NCBI GenBank assembly: GCA_032718475.1
Contig: JAUCBJ010006468.1
Span: 1 to 64,000 of the forward strand
DNA length: 64,000 nt
Source of the DNA: Nemertoderma westbladi
Lineage: Eukaryota; Animalia; Xenacoelomorpha
Reading direction: 5' to 3'
Position 1 is the stretch's first letter, and the number at the start of each line of letters is the position of its first letter. This document shows, piece by piece, positions 39,418 through 51,613 of this stretch. The position numbers and the translations under genes were made by a program. The notes beneath the pieces were generated by a model. That model did no database searches. It worked only from the letters and a program-made list of their open reading frames with translations, and was not told the origin of the DNA.

Positions 39418-42400
39418 TAGCCGTGATCTCGCAGAATGTTGTGCGGAGGGTGTCATGGGTTACCCGGGTGTCTCCTAATGCGACGCGCATGGATCGTTTT
39501 ACTAAGTCGATTAGCTTCTCACATACCCCACTCGTATGGGGTGCTAAGGGTGTTTGGAAGTGCCACTGTATGTATATGGTGGTCCCTCCAGACTTGGGAT
39601 GCGGTGTCCTCGGTAAACCACCCCTCGATCGCCTCTCTAAGTTCTCTTTCTCCTCCCACAAAGTTTGTACCATTATCGGAGTACATATGACGACATGTCC
39701 CATTGTTCGCCACGAACTGACGCAGGGCGTTGATGAATGCGTGTTGCGTAAGGTTCACCACGATGTCTAGGTAGATTGCCCTAGACCTAAGGCAGGTAAA
39801 GATGGCTCCCCAGCATTTGATGTTGGATCGTCGCTCGATGACCGTAAACGGTCCAAAACAGTCTACTCCGGTTACATAGAACGGTGGGGAATCGGACTGT
39901 AGACGGGTGTCTGGTAAGTCGGCCATCTTTTGTGTGAGTGGTGGCGCTAGATATCTTCTGCAGGGAAAACAACGTTTTAACACTTTCCGGATCAGTGGCT
40001 GGATGTGGGTGATCCAATACCTTTGTCGTATATTAGCTATAATCCAGTTCTGTCCTGCGTGATGGTTTTCCTCGTGACACTGTTGGATTAATTGCTTAGC
40101 TAGTGTCGACGTTCTGGGCTGAAGCGCTGGGTATTTGACCTCGTATTCAACCGGGGCGTTTGCCATCTGGGAATTCAGTCGGATCAGTCCGTCCTCTCCC
40201 ATCATTGGTCTCAGTTGGTAGACTGGGCTGTCCGGTTTCAAGGTCTTGCCCGCACTGAGTTGTTCCCACTCATCGGGGAAACTTTCTCTCTGGACATATC
40301 CAACAATACACTTCTCCGCGATAATGAGTTCTTGTATACTCCGTTGAACTATCGGCTTGTTGTCTTTCCACCGTAGGAAGTTACGAAGGGTTATAACGTG
40401 GTGGATGAGATGTCTCATTGATGAAGTTCGCTCGATCAACAGGTGTAAAGACGCCGCTGGTTGAGTGATCGTCGCGACGTTATAGTGCCTGCCCGAGTCC
40501 TTTGCAGGCTCGGTCAGACAACTATAGATTTCCACTGCGTTGCTTCTATGGACTTTACGGATCTCCTTGTCGTCTTCGGAGTATTTTCCGCTATCGAGTT
40601 CGGGATCGAATCGGGTACTCCAGGTTAATTGTGGCTGCTGTAAGAATTCCGGGCCTGTAAGCCAGAGTTTACTTTTACAGAGTTGTTTTGGGGTGGCGCC
40701 TCGACTTGATAAGTCCGCTGGATTTTCTTTCCCGTTCACGTGGTGCCACTGTTCTCGGCCAGTGCACTGTTTTATCTCCGTGGCTCGGTTCGCTACAAAC
40801 GTGGTGTGACGCCGTGATGGAGAGTGGAGATAGTAGAGAACAATACTCGAATTGACCCAGAAGTGTTGAGATTCGATGGGGATTCGTATGTTCCGCATGA
40901 CCATGCGGTTCTGTCTCACTGCCCAAACTGCGGTCTGTAGCTCAAGTCTCGGAATCGTTGCTACGAATTCCCCGGATACTGTCTTAGCTTTAGAAAATAA
41001 GAAGCTCATATCGCCGTTTCCATCGTTACTTAGTCTTCTTAAGAAAGTGACTACGCCGATTCCGGTATTCGAAGCATCCGAGAAGGTATGGAGCTGGAAG
41101 ATATCGGTGGGTAGTTTATCGAGGAAGAACAGTCGAGGGATCCACATAAGATGTAGGTGTTCGAGCTGTTCCGTCCACTTTCTCCATTTGACACTGAGGT
41201 GTGGGGGGAGTTCTTCATCCCATTCCCATCCCAGTCCTTCTATCCACATTTCCTTAATCAGATTCATTCCGGCCAAGGTTACCGGAGATATGAAATTTAG
41301 TGGGTCGAATATTGCACTTTTTATTGACAAACATCCCCTTTTCGTCATAGGCTTGGGTTGTGGGTTATATTTGAAAATGAATTCATCTGATTCTATGTCC
41401 CATTCAATGCCGAGTACACGGTGTTCCACATCCTCGGAATACATTTTATTGTCCAGTCGGATTTCTTCCGGAAACCTTTCCATAAGTTTTTTGTCGTGGG
41501 ATCTGAACTTCACGGGAGGAAAACCTCCTTTCTTTAGACATTCCACCATCCCCATCGCTAGCTGATATGCCTCGTCAACATTATCCGCGCCGGCGCATCC
41601 ATCGTCCACGTAGAAGCATCGTCGGATTGTTTCTATGACGGTTGGAGGGAACTCGTTTTCGCACATAGTTGCCGTTTTCTTCAGCATGTCACTACATGAT
41701 ACCGGCGAGTCCTTAGCGCCGAAGATCCTGACGATCAGGCGCATTACGTCTACATCCTTCAATGTAAGTTGACTAATCTCCTGGGGAGTTAATGTTTTAT
41801 CCGTCCATAATATACGCAGACAGTCTGAGTCTCTTGGTAGTGTACGGACCTGGTGAAACATCGCTTTGATGTCGCAGGTGAATGCTATCCAGTTTTCCCT
41901 GAACCTGATCAACACGCCAATGAGTGTACTGTATATGTTGGGCCCCGTATAAAGCTGGCTGTTCAGGGATTCGCCTTGATACATATCGGCGGCATCATTG
42001 ACTACTCGGATTTTACCACCCTTCCGGGCTTCTACCACATAGTGGGTTGGGAGATAATATGTTCTTTTACCCCCTTGCAGTTCATTCTGGGGTACCATTT
42101 CTGCTAATCCATCTTCGAGATATCCTTTGATTACATTATTATATTTCTCCTTTATCTCGGGTTGGTCATTCAGCCGGCGTAGGATCCCTTTAAGTCGCCT
42201 AAGGGCCATGTTGGCATTATTCGCCATTGGTTTATTTGGGTCCTTCCATAACATGGGTGAACACCAGTGTCCGTCTTTGAACGTGGCCTGATCAAGGACG
42301 TCAATACAATATTGATCCTCCTCGGATGGGTTTTCGTCCTTTTCAGCGAACTCTTGGGTCTCTAGATTAAAGTATTTAGTCATCTCCTGCTGGGTTTTCT

Positions 42401-43513
42401 CGGTCTCAAGAAACAAATCCTCGTCGAGGTCTGTAGCTGAACAATAACCCACGGAGGTTGCATTCTCTTTAATCTGACATTTAGGAAGGTATGTATAGGT
42501 GTCTGTAGTCTCTTCCTTGATACCGCAGAGTGTCCATCCCATGATTGTTCGTTCATCGTAAAAGCCGTCATCCTGCTTTATAGATCGGGCGACGACTCCG
42601 GTGGGTATGTGTAATTTCGGTGTGTCAAGTCCGATCAATAGGGTGATGCGGTTTACGTCCAACGGCGGGCACCTTAGGTCTACATCTTCTCGGTCCAACT
42701 GTATGAGAGGGGCGTATTCGGCTGATTGTCGGAACCGCACTCGGAGATCTGTGTATACCAAGGCGTACTTGATTGTCAGCTTAACCGTCTCGTAGCCCTT
42801 CATTACTCCTTCCATCTGGAGCTGCACCTCCCCGGAATCTACTTCTCTGTGGTCGGTGATAGTTTGTATGGGCCGTTTGCAAGGTTCATAGTCTAGGCCG
42901 AGTTGCTCGAGGAAATCCCAGTCAATGATGGTTCCGTCCGACCCGTTATCAAGGAACGCGAGCATTGTCAAGGATTTCCCGACCCCTTGAATTCTTACTG
43001 GGATTACTTTGGCGAAGACCATATAACGGTGATTTATAAGGTTGATCGTGGCTGAGATATTTGTCACTTGTGATACATCAGTGGAGGTTTTAAACGGGTT
43101 GGTTTCTCTCCATTGGGTCGTCCGGGTTCCTTTAGAAACGTGGTTCATTTCTCCTCTTCGTTTGGCTTCAATCCGAAAGGGGAGGGTGGTGAAGTCAAAG
43201 TTCGCGGGGATGTGGAGGAGTGTGTGATGACGTAGGTCATTACACACACCCCACACGATCTTTGGTCGCAATCCCGAACATAGTGACCGGTTCCAAGACA
43301 CCGGAAGCATCCTCGGTGTTTCATTATCACCTCGAAGAGTGGGACAAGTTCGGCAAACTGGAACTTCCTGCAGAATTCCATTTTATGTTTCTCTCCGCAG
43401 AAGAGACAGAGAAGAGAGTTTGTGATGCCTTCCCTTTCAGGTGCCCAATTCGCAAGATAACACGCCCATTCCTCGGCTGATGTCGGTTCCTCGTAGTCTT
43501 CGTCGTCGGAATC

Positions 43514-45739
43514 CTAAGCCATGGTGATAGCCATCGTACTCACCGGAGGGGGACGGAATCTCGGTTTCTGAGTGGGTGTCTTACTCCTGGAGTTGCTCTC
43601 TATTCCATCTAACTTGGCGAGACTTTGTTTCGAGAACATCGAGTCATTCATGGCTTCGGAGATATCGTCCAGGAATGCCGACATTTCGAGGAAACTGGGA
43701 TCTCGATCTGGGTGTCTGCGCCGGAGATCTACGCATTTATAGGCCCACTTACTTTGCAGCCATCCGGGGAACTTTCGGGCGATCTGTCGGAGGTTTAGAA
43801 TGTTGTTTACTTGTTCCTCCTTATTTAATGGTTTTAGAGTGTAGTAGGCATCCTTCATGGAATCTGAGAATTCCTGGATATTCTGTGGGTCCCCTAGGGA
43901 TCCCGCGTCCTGTATCAGTTTCTCGAGAGTTTTATTAATTATAGTCCCGATATTTCCGTATCTTTTATCTAGAGTTTTCCATGCGTCATAGTATGCCTCA
44001 TGAGCTCCTCCCTCAAAGCATGCGATAATCCGGCGTGGTTTGTCACCCAGGTATTGGGATAAATATACTAGTTTTTGTGCGTCGGCTATGTCCGTTGACC
44101 CAATCTCCGCGAAAAACCGTTTCTTGAATCTGAGGTAATCGAGTGGATCTCCTTCGAAGGTGCGGATCTCCATCTTGGGCATGGCCAGTCGGTTCTCTAA
44201 TGCCCGGATAATGCCAACGTCGTCTGAGCCGGAATGACTAGGAGGGTTATAGTTATTGGCACTCTCTCCCATACACGATGGATCGATGATAGGTGGAGTT
44301 TTAATGATGACACGGCTACGGATTTGTGGTGTGGATGTAAATGGGTTGTTGGATCGGGGAGTGGCGACCCGTTCCGAGTCCTTTTCAGGCTCGTACTTGG
44401 GAACGCTCGGGACCGTGGGATTGGCTGGGATATAAGGTTCCTCATTCTTAAGCGTAACCAGTGGGGGATGGAATACCGGTGCTTGTGTCGATAACGTAGA
44501 CTGTATGGTAGGCGGGAACTCGGGTTTCGGAGGTTTCACCGCCGGTGTCGTTAATGACTTCTCTAATTCTGGTATCGGTATTGGTTCATAGTTCTGATCT
44601 ATACCCCTTTCCCAGTCCTCGTATATTTGAATATCTCGTTCTATAAGCGCGGCTTCGTATTCCGCGAGTTTCGCAATATACGCATTCTTTTTGTGGGTGA
44701 GAATCGCTTGGGCTTCGGCGTGTTGTTTACGCATTTCTGCTTCCCATTTACGTTGTTCGATCTCTCGTTCGGCCTCTCGTCCACGTTGTTCAGCCTCCTG
44801 TTTGCGTTGTTCGGCCTGCCGTTCGGCCTCTCGTTCACGTTGTTTAGCCTCTCGTTCACGTTGTTTAGCCTCCTGTTCGCGTTGTTCGATCTCCTGTTTG
44901 GCCTCTCGTTCGCGTTGTTCGTCCTGCCGTTCGGCTTCTTGTTTGGCCTCTCGTCTACGTTGTTCATCCTCTCGTTCGCGTTGTTCAGCCTGCCGTTCGG
45001 CCTCCTGTTTGGCCTCTCGTCTACGTTGTTCAGCCTCATGTTCGCGTTGTTCGGCCTGCCGTTCAGCCTCTTGTCTATGCTGTGCGGCCTCCTGTTCGGC
45101 CTCTCGTTTTTGCATTTCGGCTGCTAATACATCTTGCTCGACTTGCAGTTGAACATACTCATCTTCCATCCGAGCTTTGAGGGCTAATGCCTTCTGTTCT
45201 CGTAGCTGATCTCGGAGTGGCTGACCCCCTTGAGAACTGCGTGCCGAACCGGACCTCTCGCTGGAATGCTGGTTCCTAGAGGACCCCGTTCTCTTTCGAT
45301 GAATTGCTGTCCTGGTGCTGGAGGTTCGCACTGATTCTGAGTCTGTTCTTTCCGCTCTATTATAGTACTGTTCCTCGTAGCCTCTAACGAGGCTGAGGGT
45401 CCTCCGGTGTTGTTTGCGGAATTCGTCTAGATGTACAACATGTTGCTCTAATCTGGGGTAGTTTACCTGATCGGTGGCGGGAATGAGTTCTTGATACGCC
45501 TGTATCATCCTCTCATATCGTTGTAAGATACTCCGGATATTCTGAAGCTGAGTTTGTATCTCATTGAGGGGAGTTTCGACTCTCTTGAGTTGTTTCTCTA
45601 TACGTTGATACGCTCGAGTGACTCCGCCTTTGAGAGCGCCTAGTCGACGGGTCATGTTCTTGACATTCGGTACCTCGTCGGCTTCTGAGTCTGTGTTGGT
45701 GTCCATCTCGTCGGTGTCGGAGACGTTGTTTGTCGTCAT
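43514..45739 (-). CDS. gag: Element D gag (741 aa; frameshift before the zinc knuckles)
   Basis: PKMEIRTFEGDPLDYLRF, KLVYLSQYL, AWKTLDKRYGN (BEL gag core) plus a coiled-coil repeat. Confidence 0.9.
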   Translation of the reverse strand: MTTNNVSDTDEMDTNTDSEADEVPNVKNMTRRLGALKGGVTRAYQRIEKQLKRVETPLNEIQTQLQNIRSILQRYERMIQAYQELIPATDQVNYPRLEQHVVHLDEFRKQHRRTLSLVRGYEEQYYNRAERTDSESVRTSSTRTAIHRKRTGSSRNQHSSERSGSARSSQGGQPLRDQLREQKALALKARMEDEYVQLQVEQDVLAAEMQKREAEQEAAQHRQEAERQAEQREHEAEQRRREAKQEAERQAEQREREDEQRRREAKQEAERQDEQREREAKQEIEQREQEAKQREREAKQREREAERQAEQRKQEAEQRGREAEREIEQRKWEAEMRKQHAEAQAILTHKKNAYIAKLAEYEAALIERDIQIYEDWERGIDQNYEPIPIPELEKSLTTPAVKPPKPEFPPTIQSTLSTQAPVFHPPLVTLKNEEPYIPANPTVPSVPKYEPEKDSERVATPRSNNPFTSTPQIRSRVIIKTPPIIDPSCMGESANNYNPPSHSGSDDVGIIRALENRLAMPKMEIRTFEGDPLDYLRFKKRFFAEIGSTDIADAQKLVYLSQYLGDKPRRIIACFEGGAHEAYYDAWKTLDKRYGNIGTIINKTLEKLIQDAGSLGDPQNIQEFSDSMKDAYYTLKPLNKEEQVNNILNLRQIARKFPGWLQSKWAYKCVDLRRRHPDRDPSFLEMSAFLDDISEAMNDSMFSKQSLAKLDGIESNSRSKTPTQKPRFRPPPVSTMAITMA

Positions 45740-45927
45740 TCTAGCGCTTCGTTGATAGCTAGATATGCGATGTCATAAAAAAGTTCTTCGTAGCTCTCGT
45801 ACTCGGCTTGGACTACCCGAACGGTAATCCTGAATCGTCCGACGTTCGTTCCTTGTACTTCAACCTCGACGTGCCAGATTCCTGGCTCAACTTGGATTAT
45901 GTCAATAGGTGTGATCGATACTTCCAT
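45736..45927 (-). CDS. 63-aa upstream ORF overlapping the gag start (ATGA)
   Basis: ATG start, globular-looking composition, and a TGA overlapping the gag ATG at 45736-45739. Confidence 0.5.
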   Translation of the reverse strand: MEVSITPIDIIQVEPGIWHVEVEVQGTNVGRFRITVRVVQAEYESYEELFYDIAYLAINEALE

Positions 45928-46173
45928 TCCCTGTTAACGACTCTCTTATATGTGATCTGCCGACTACGAGTTTTTTATATCGAGTTTGTTGATTGATTAA
46001 ACCACGGCTTTATCTTAACTCAAATACCAGAGTTTCCTCGTAGTGGGTGCTGGGTAAGCACGTAGAGAGTTTGAAGAGTATTGTAGGATTCCCAACTTCC
46101 ACCAGTTGGAGTTGGCCGCGTTTTATTCTCAATTTTGACAGCCTGTCAAAATTGATCCACTTATTCTCAATTT

Positions 46174-47701
46174 TGTTGCCGTTATTCCCGACACCATGGG
46201 GGAAAAACGCCGATGCTGAAGGCGGAACTTTTCAGACCATGGAATCCCAGCCAGTCACCGGATATTGATTGTGGAGAAGGAATACGTTCTTAAATTCAAG
46301 ATTGCGGTTGAGGAAAAGCTTCATTGGTTGGATATACTCTTTAATGTAACTTCCCTACAGTTGAACCTTGTTCAACATTGAATCTTGATTGAGAATAAGT
46401 TGGGCTTCCCCAAATCAATATACACCAAATATTCACAATAATAATACACGACAATATAAATCCCTACAGTATATTATTTAATTACTGCTCCGAGTTCGCT
46501 CAGATTTTAGCCTAACTAATGTTCCCCGTTTTTCCCTCGGTCCTAGTCTTGGTGCCGTAGTGTCGGTGTCGGTCGACCCTGTTGCGTGTCCGTACCACCC
46601 TTCCCGAACCCCGAAGGGATCGGTCATCAGGAACCAGTACGGCTTGGCTAAGGGTCGGTCCAGTCGGTAGACTGTGTCGCTTATCCGTACCACCCCTCCC
46701 GAACCCCGAAGGGATCGGTCATCGAGAACCAGTACGGCTTGGCTAGGAGTCTGTCATGTCGGTGGACCCGTTCGCGTGTCCGTCCCACCCCCCCCCCCCC
46801 CCCCCCCCCCGAACCCCGAAGGGATCGATCATCGAGAACCAGTACGGCTTGGCTAGGGGTCCGTCTGTTCATCGCAGAGACGCAACCACCTAGGCTTTCC
46901 GAGTCCTTATTCAGGCTCGTAGTCGCTTCGGCAGCCGAGAAACTGCTCCAAACAGTCGGTAGGCCAGTAGAGTCCAGTCCTTTGTCTTTCGACCCCGTTG
47001 CGTGTCCGTCCCACCCCTCCCAAACCCCGAAGGGATCGATCATCGAGAACCAGTACGGCTTGGCTAAGGGGTCTGTCGTCGGTTCCCGTCGCAAATCCCT
47101 GGCACAGGCAGCAGACTTTCCGATGTCCTTTTCAGGCTCGTAATAACTGCTGTTGACCAGAGACCGCTAAGGGCAGTCCTCATCAAACCCTTCCTCTGTT
47201 AGTCGGTCAACCCTTTCGCGTGTCCATACCACCCGTCACGAACCCCGAAGGGATCGGTCATCGAGAACCAGTACGGCTTGGCTAAGGGGTCTGTCATCGT
47301 TTCCCGTCGCAAATCCCTGACACAAGCAGCAGACTTTCCAATGTCCTTTTCAGGCTCGTAATAACTGCTGTTGGCCAGGGACCACTAAGGGCAGTCCTTG
47401 TCCTTTAAACCTAGCGATACCAAATCCACCTCTACAGGCAGCAGGAAGTTGGCTAGGCCTAATAGTAGTCAGGTAAACCTGAATACTGCTTAACTTTTCC
47501 TTCCCCCCCTGGCCCTTATATACATGAAATGAGTCCCGTACCCCGTAAGTCGCCCCAATATTCGCCCATAAATCGCCCCCAGTCCATCGAGTGTGCCCAA
47601 AACCCATGTTCCCGCACCCAGTAGTTATATCGGAATAATCATCTTAAATAAATCCAAAAAATATTCAACTCGCGTTATGAAAAGTTGAAATACCGCGAAC
47701 A
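46174..47701 (-). repeat. 5' LTR of element D
   Basis: Direct repeat of 32977-34484. Confidence 0.95.
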
Positions 47702-48959
47702 GTTGTATGATAATTTTTTTTACTAAAAATGTTCTAGAACAAAAATATTTATCAACATTTGGTAGCTTATACGTGTTCTAATATAATATTTAACAATATT
47801 TATAATATTTATCAAAATTTATAGCTAGCACTTCTTTTATAATATTTATTAAAAAAATAGCATAAACTAGCTATTATAATAAATCTGGTAAATGGGTACC
47901 CAAGGTGGATTAATGCCATTTATTTGCACTTGCACTGTTGTAACCCATGCACTGCAATATTGTTCCATAATTCTAAATAAAATGCTCAAGCAAAATGCAA
48001 CATTTTTACTCTCGAGATTTTTCAACACTCGATATTTTTCAACACTCGTTATTTTTACTCTCGATATTTTTCAACACTCGATATTTTTCAACACTCGATA
48101 TTTTTACTCTCGATATTTTTCAACACTCGATATTTTTACTCTCGATATTTTTCAACACTCGATATTTTTACTCTCGATATTTTCAACACTCGATATTTTT
48201 ACTCTCGATATTTTTCAACACTCGATATTTTTACTCTCGATATTTTTCAACACTCGATATTTTTACTCTCGATATTTTTCAACACTCGATATTTTTACTC
48301 TCGATATATTTCAACACTCGTTATTTTCGATATTTTTCATCTCGCGTTATTTTTACTCTCGATATTTTTTAATCACGTTAATTTTCAACACTCGTTATTT
48401 TTACTCTCGATATTTTTACTCTCGTTATTTTTACTCTCGATATTTTTCAAGTCTCGATATTTTTCACCATTACCAGGTACTTGCTCGACTTCTGGAGCCA
48501 GTAGGTGGAGTTACCATCACCCCATTGATCTAATGATATGCGTAGAATTTAGACAACCCACAATTATGAACAAGAACAGCGCAAGTGTGTCGCCCTGGAG
48601 GACTGCTGCTTAACATATTGATATCTGTTTGATGAAAATTGAATGAAAAATAAAAAAGTAGTAGGGAATTTAGTGATGAAAAATGTCTAAATCGGCAAAC
48701 TGAGAAAATAATTTTGTGTTATGCAGAGAGTCATGAATATCATCCATATATTAATTGCTAAAAATTGCAGTTTTTTTAGTCAAAAAATCATTCAATGGTG
48801 AAAACCGATGTCATCACAAGAAAGCCCTCCTATCAAATATTATATATTTTTTAAATTTAGAAAATTTATTGCCTCTCCATCCAATTTAATAGACCTATAT
48901 AATGTAAACCGTTTTTTTTCTTGGAGATATTTATATATTGAAAATATTTTATCTTGCAG

Positions 48960-50224
48960 AATCAGCTGGATCATTTGTTATTCCTGCGCGTTTTGAAAGT
49001 CAGTCTGTTAATGGCCATGAAGCTAAATGTGGCTACAAAATCGCCGCCACATACTATTATAATGACGCCACATTGAGATCAGTAATAGATGCAGCGGACT
49101 CTTGTTCTCAGGAAGTCGCTGTGAGTGGAACAGGAATCTATACTCCTGATCTATGCTGGTACGATCAGCGGCAGGGCGAGCACGATTTCAGTATTTGGCT
49201 CGGTGGCAATGGTGATTGTCACCAGAGCGGTGGGTATTGCGTTACATCATTCAACGTTCAGGATAAAGATTTACTCCCTATCAAGAGTTTAGGTTTGGGT
49301 GATACGGGTGCCGACAGCGAGCATATCAATTGGGAAAAAATCGGGGATATTACATGCCATTTCGACAGTTGGCTCGAAATCCCGGCGTCAGTTCAGAGCC
49401 ATACTATCTCAGGGGCAGAAGCAAGATGCAGTTATTCTATGCCTGTCGCATATCCCCAGGAACCTTGGCATACGAAATACATTATGGATATGTCTGATAT
49501 ATGTGTGCAGAATATTGGTATAACCTCGAAACAAGTAATGTCTGGAGACCTTTGCTTCGCTAACAAAGGAACCATGAATAATGATGAAGAAATTATAGAA
49601 ACCAATTTCGTGGACGTGGGAGCTACACATTGTGACCAGTCGTCAAATGAATGCACCCAGTACATCCTTAATATCAATGAGGCCCCAATAGTAGAGCTTA
49701 GATTGGGTGATACTGGCCATGAATCCGAGTACATCAGCAGCGAATTTGTTTCCCCTATCTACTGTAAACCACCCTATTATTCCTCACTTCCCCCAAAGGT
49801 AACATACAAAGCTCATCTTGAAAGTGGCTCAGTTAATGGCGCAGAAGCTAAGTGTGGAAAAGATGTAAATGTTGTGTATGATCGTCCCATTGATAATATC
49901 GCAGAGTCAATGCGAAAGTTGCTTGAATCTGGATTACCATATCTCTGTTATCAAACGGTAGTGATTAATTCTCGTTTAGCAGCATCTGTGGATCAATGTT
50001 GGTTCGGATATGATAATGTTGAACATAATTTCCACGAAGAAGGGAAGGTTCAATGTAATCAGAGCAGCAATTATTGTACGGAGATGTTCACTATCACTGA
50101 TCCGAATCAGTTGCCTCTAATCAAGCTCGCCCTCGGGGACACTGGACACAGCACTGAAGTCATCCACGCAATCGCTGTCAGTGATCTTGTTTGTGAAAAT
50201 CCTATTGGCAATATTGGGATTTGA
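48960..50224 (+). CDS. Host gene terminal exon: secreted protein with three tandem ~135-aa Cys-rich domains (Caspr/neurexin-IV fibrinogen/COLFI-like)
   Basis: Acceptor ttgcag at 48959. Three repeats of S-x-x-G-x-EA-[KR]-C...C-x-Q...C-[WF]...C-x-QS...C...[LA]P-[IL]-x-x-L-x-LGDTG-x-x-[ST]-E...C. AATAAA at ~50247 and ~50299. Family assignment from motif recall only. Confidence 0.8.
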
Positions 50225-50575
50225 ACTATGTCATAAGTGTTAGCAAAATAAAAGCTACAGCTCTGTATTGGTGAAGGGAAAAAAAAGGAAAGCCCGTGAA
50301 TAAATGAAACTGTAACTGTAATGTAACTCAAACCCATATACTCTGCTCAGTCATTCTAATTTAAATTACATACTGTTATGTTATCTAGTATACATGGTGC
50401 AAAATATAAAAACGGTAGTAGAGGCATTGGTGTTGGGATAATCAATGTGGGTAACAAAGTAACATATTCAATATATTATTATTTATTATAATACATAATA
50501 TGTTATATTCACAGCCGCTAAGGCAAATCTGATAGGTGTGGAATAAAGAGCTTAAAAAAAATTAGCAGGTTTCAA

Positions 50576-51613
50576 ATCATTTCAACTGCTAAGTATCTTG
50601 GCTAATATATTGATCGTTTCAACTGCTAAGTATCTTGGCTAATATATTGATCGTTTCAACTGCTAAGTATCTTGGCTAATGTATTGATCGTTTCAACTGC
50701 TAAGTATCTTGGCTAATATATTGATCGTTTCAACTGCTAAGTATCTTGGCTATTACATTGATCGTTTCAACTGCTAAGTATCTTGGCTAATATATTGATC
50801 GTTTCAACTGCTAAGTATCTTGGCTAATATATTGATCATTTCAACTGCTAAGTATCTTGGCTAATATATTGATCGTTTCAACTGCTAAGTATCTTGGCTA
50901 ATATATTGATCGTTTCAACTGCTAAGTATCTTGGCTAATATATTGATCGTTTCAACTGCTAAGTATCTTGGCTAATATATTGATCGTTTCAACTGCTAAG
51001 TATCTTGGCTATTATATTGATCGTTTCAACTGCTAAGTATCTTGGCTAATATATTGATCGTTTCAACTGCTAAGTATCTTGGCTAATATATTGATCGTTT
51101 CAACTGCTAAGTATCTTGGCTAATATATTGATCGTTTCAACTGCTAAGTATCTTGGCTAATATATTGATCGTTTCAACTGCTAAGTATCTTGGCTAATAT
51201 ATTGATCGTTTCAACTGCTAAGTATCTTGGCTATTATATTGATCGTTTCAACTGCTAAGAATCTTGGCTAATATATTGATCGTTTCAACTGCTAAGTATC
51301 TTGGCTAATATATTGATCGTTTCAACTGCTAAGTATCTTGGCTAATATATGGATCGTTTCAACTGCTAAGTATCTTGGCTAATATATTGATCGTTTCAAC
51401 TGCTAAGTACCTTGGCTAATATATTGATCGTTTCAACTGCTAAGTATCTTGGCTAATATATTGATCGTTTCAACTGCTAAGTATCTTGGCTAATATATTG
51501 ATCGTTTCAACTGCTAAGTATCTTGGCTAATATATTGATAGTTTCAACTGCTAGGCATCTTGGCTAATATATTGATCGTTTCAACTGCTAAGTATCTTGG
51601 CTAATATATTGAT
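50576..51613. repeat. 37-bp tandem satellite, ~28 copies
   Basis: Unit ttcaactgctaagtatcttggctaatatattgatcgt with no spacers. Cut abruptly at 51614. Confidence 0.97.

Larger units (their letters stand above)
38588..43381 (-). pseudogene. pol: Element D pol (protease-RT-RNase H-integrase); main ORF 39519-43310, 3' part frameshifted and interrupted
   Basis: FLDNGS, DIKAMFHQV, FYVDD, QLHTFSDAS, IPRLEL, NPADLSSRG, HHCC zinc finger, GVDCFGP, YSDNGTNFVG, GDMVLVKE. Confidence 0.95.
32977..47701 (-). mobile_element. Full-length BEL/Pao LTR retrotransposon D (frameshifted) with accessory exonuclease gene
   Basis: ~1.5-kb LTRs at 32977-34484 and 46174-47701 (tgtt...aaca). TSD GTTGT at 32972-32976 and 47702-47706. 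PPT (C-run on +) at ~34485-34493. gag-PR-RT-RH-IN order. Confidence 0.95.
32517..48474. mobile_element. Foldback-type DNA element with minisatellite TIRs, interrupted by element D
   Basis: Arrays of aaaaatatcgagagt/aaaaatatcgagtgttg at 32517-32950 and inverted at ~48000-48474. GGT...ACC ends. 8-bp TSD aggttctt/aggtactt at 32509-32516 and 48475-48482. Confidence 0.82.

Noticed and set aside
40540-45152. Plus-strand ORFs antisense to D gag/pol (likewise those antisense to B and E pol)
   Set aside because: Shadow frames of the minus-strand coding sequence with no independent motifs.
47892-48533. 213-aa and 125-aa ORFs (and the N-terminus of 31968-32669)
   Set aside because: Translations of the foldback minisatellite arms.
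48938-48959. TTG start for the 428-aa ORF
   Set aside because: Intronic sequence upstream of a splice acceptor; the signal-peptide exon at 30846 is the better start.
50576-51613. 37-bp repeat as a CRISPR array
   Set aside because: Head-to-tail units with no unique spacers, no cas genes, eukaryotic context.
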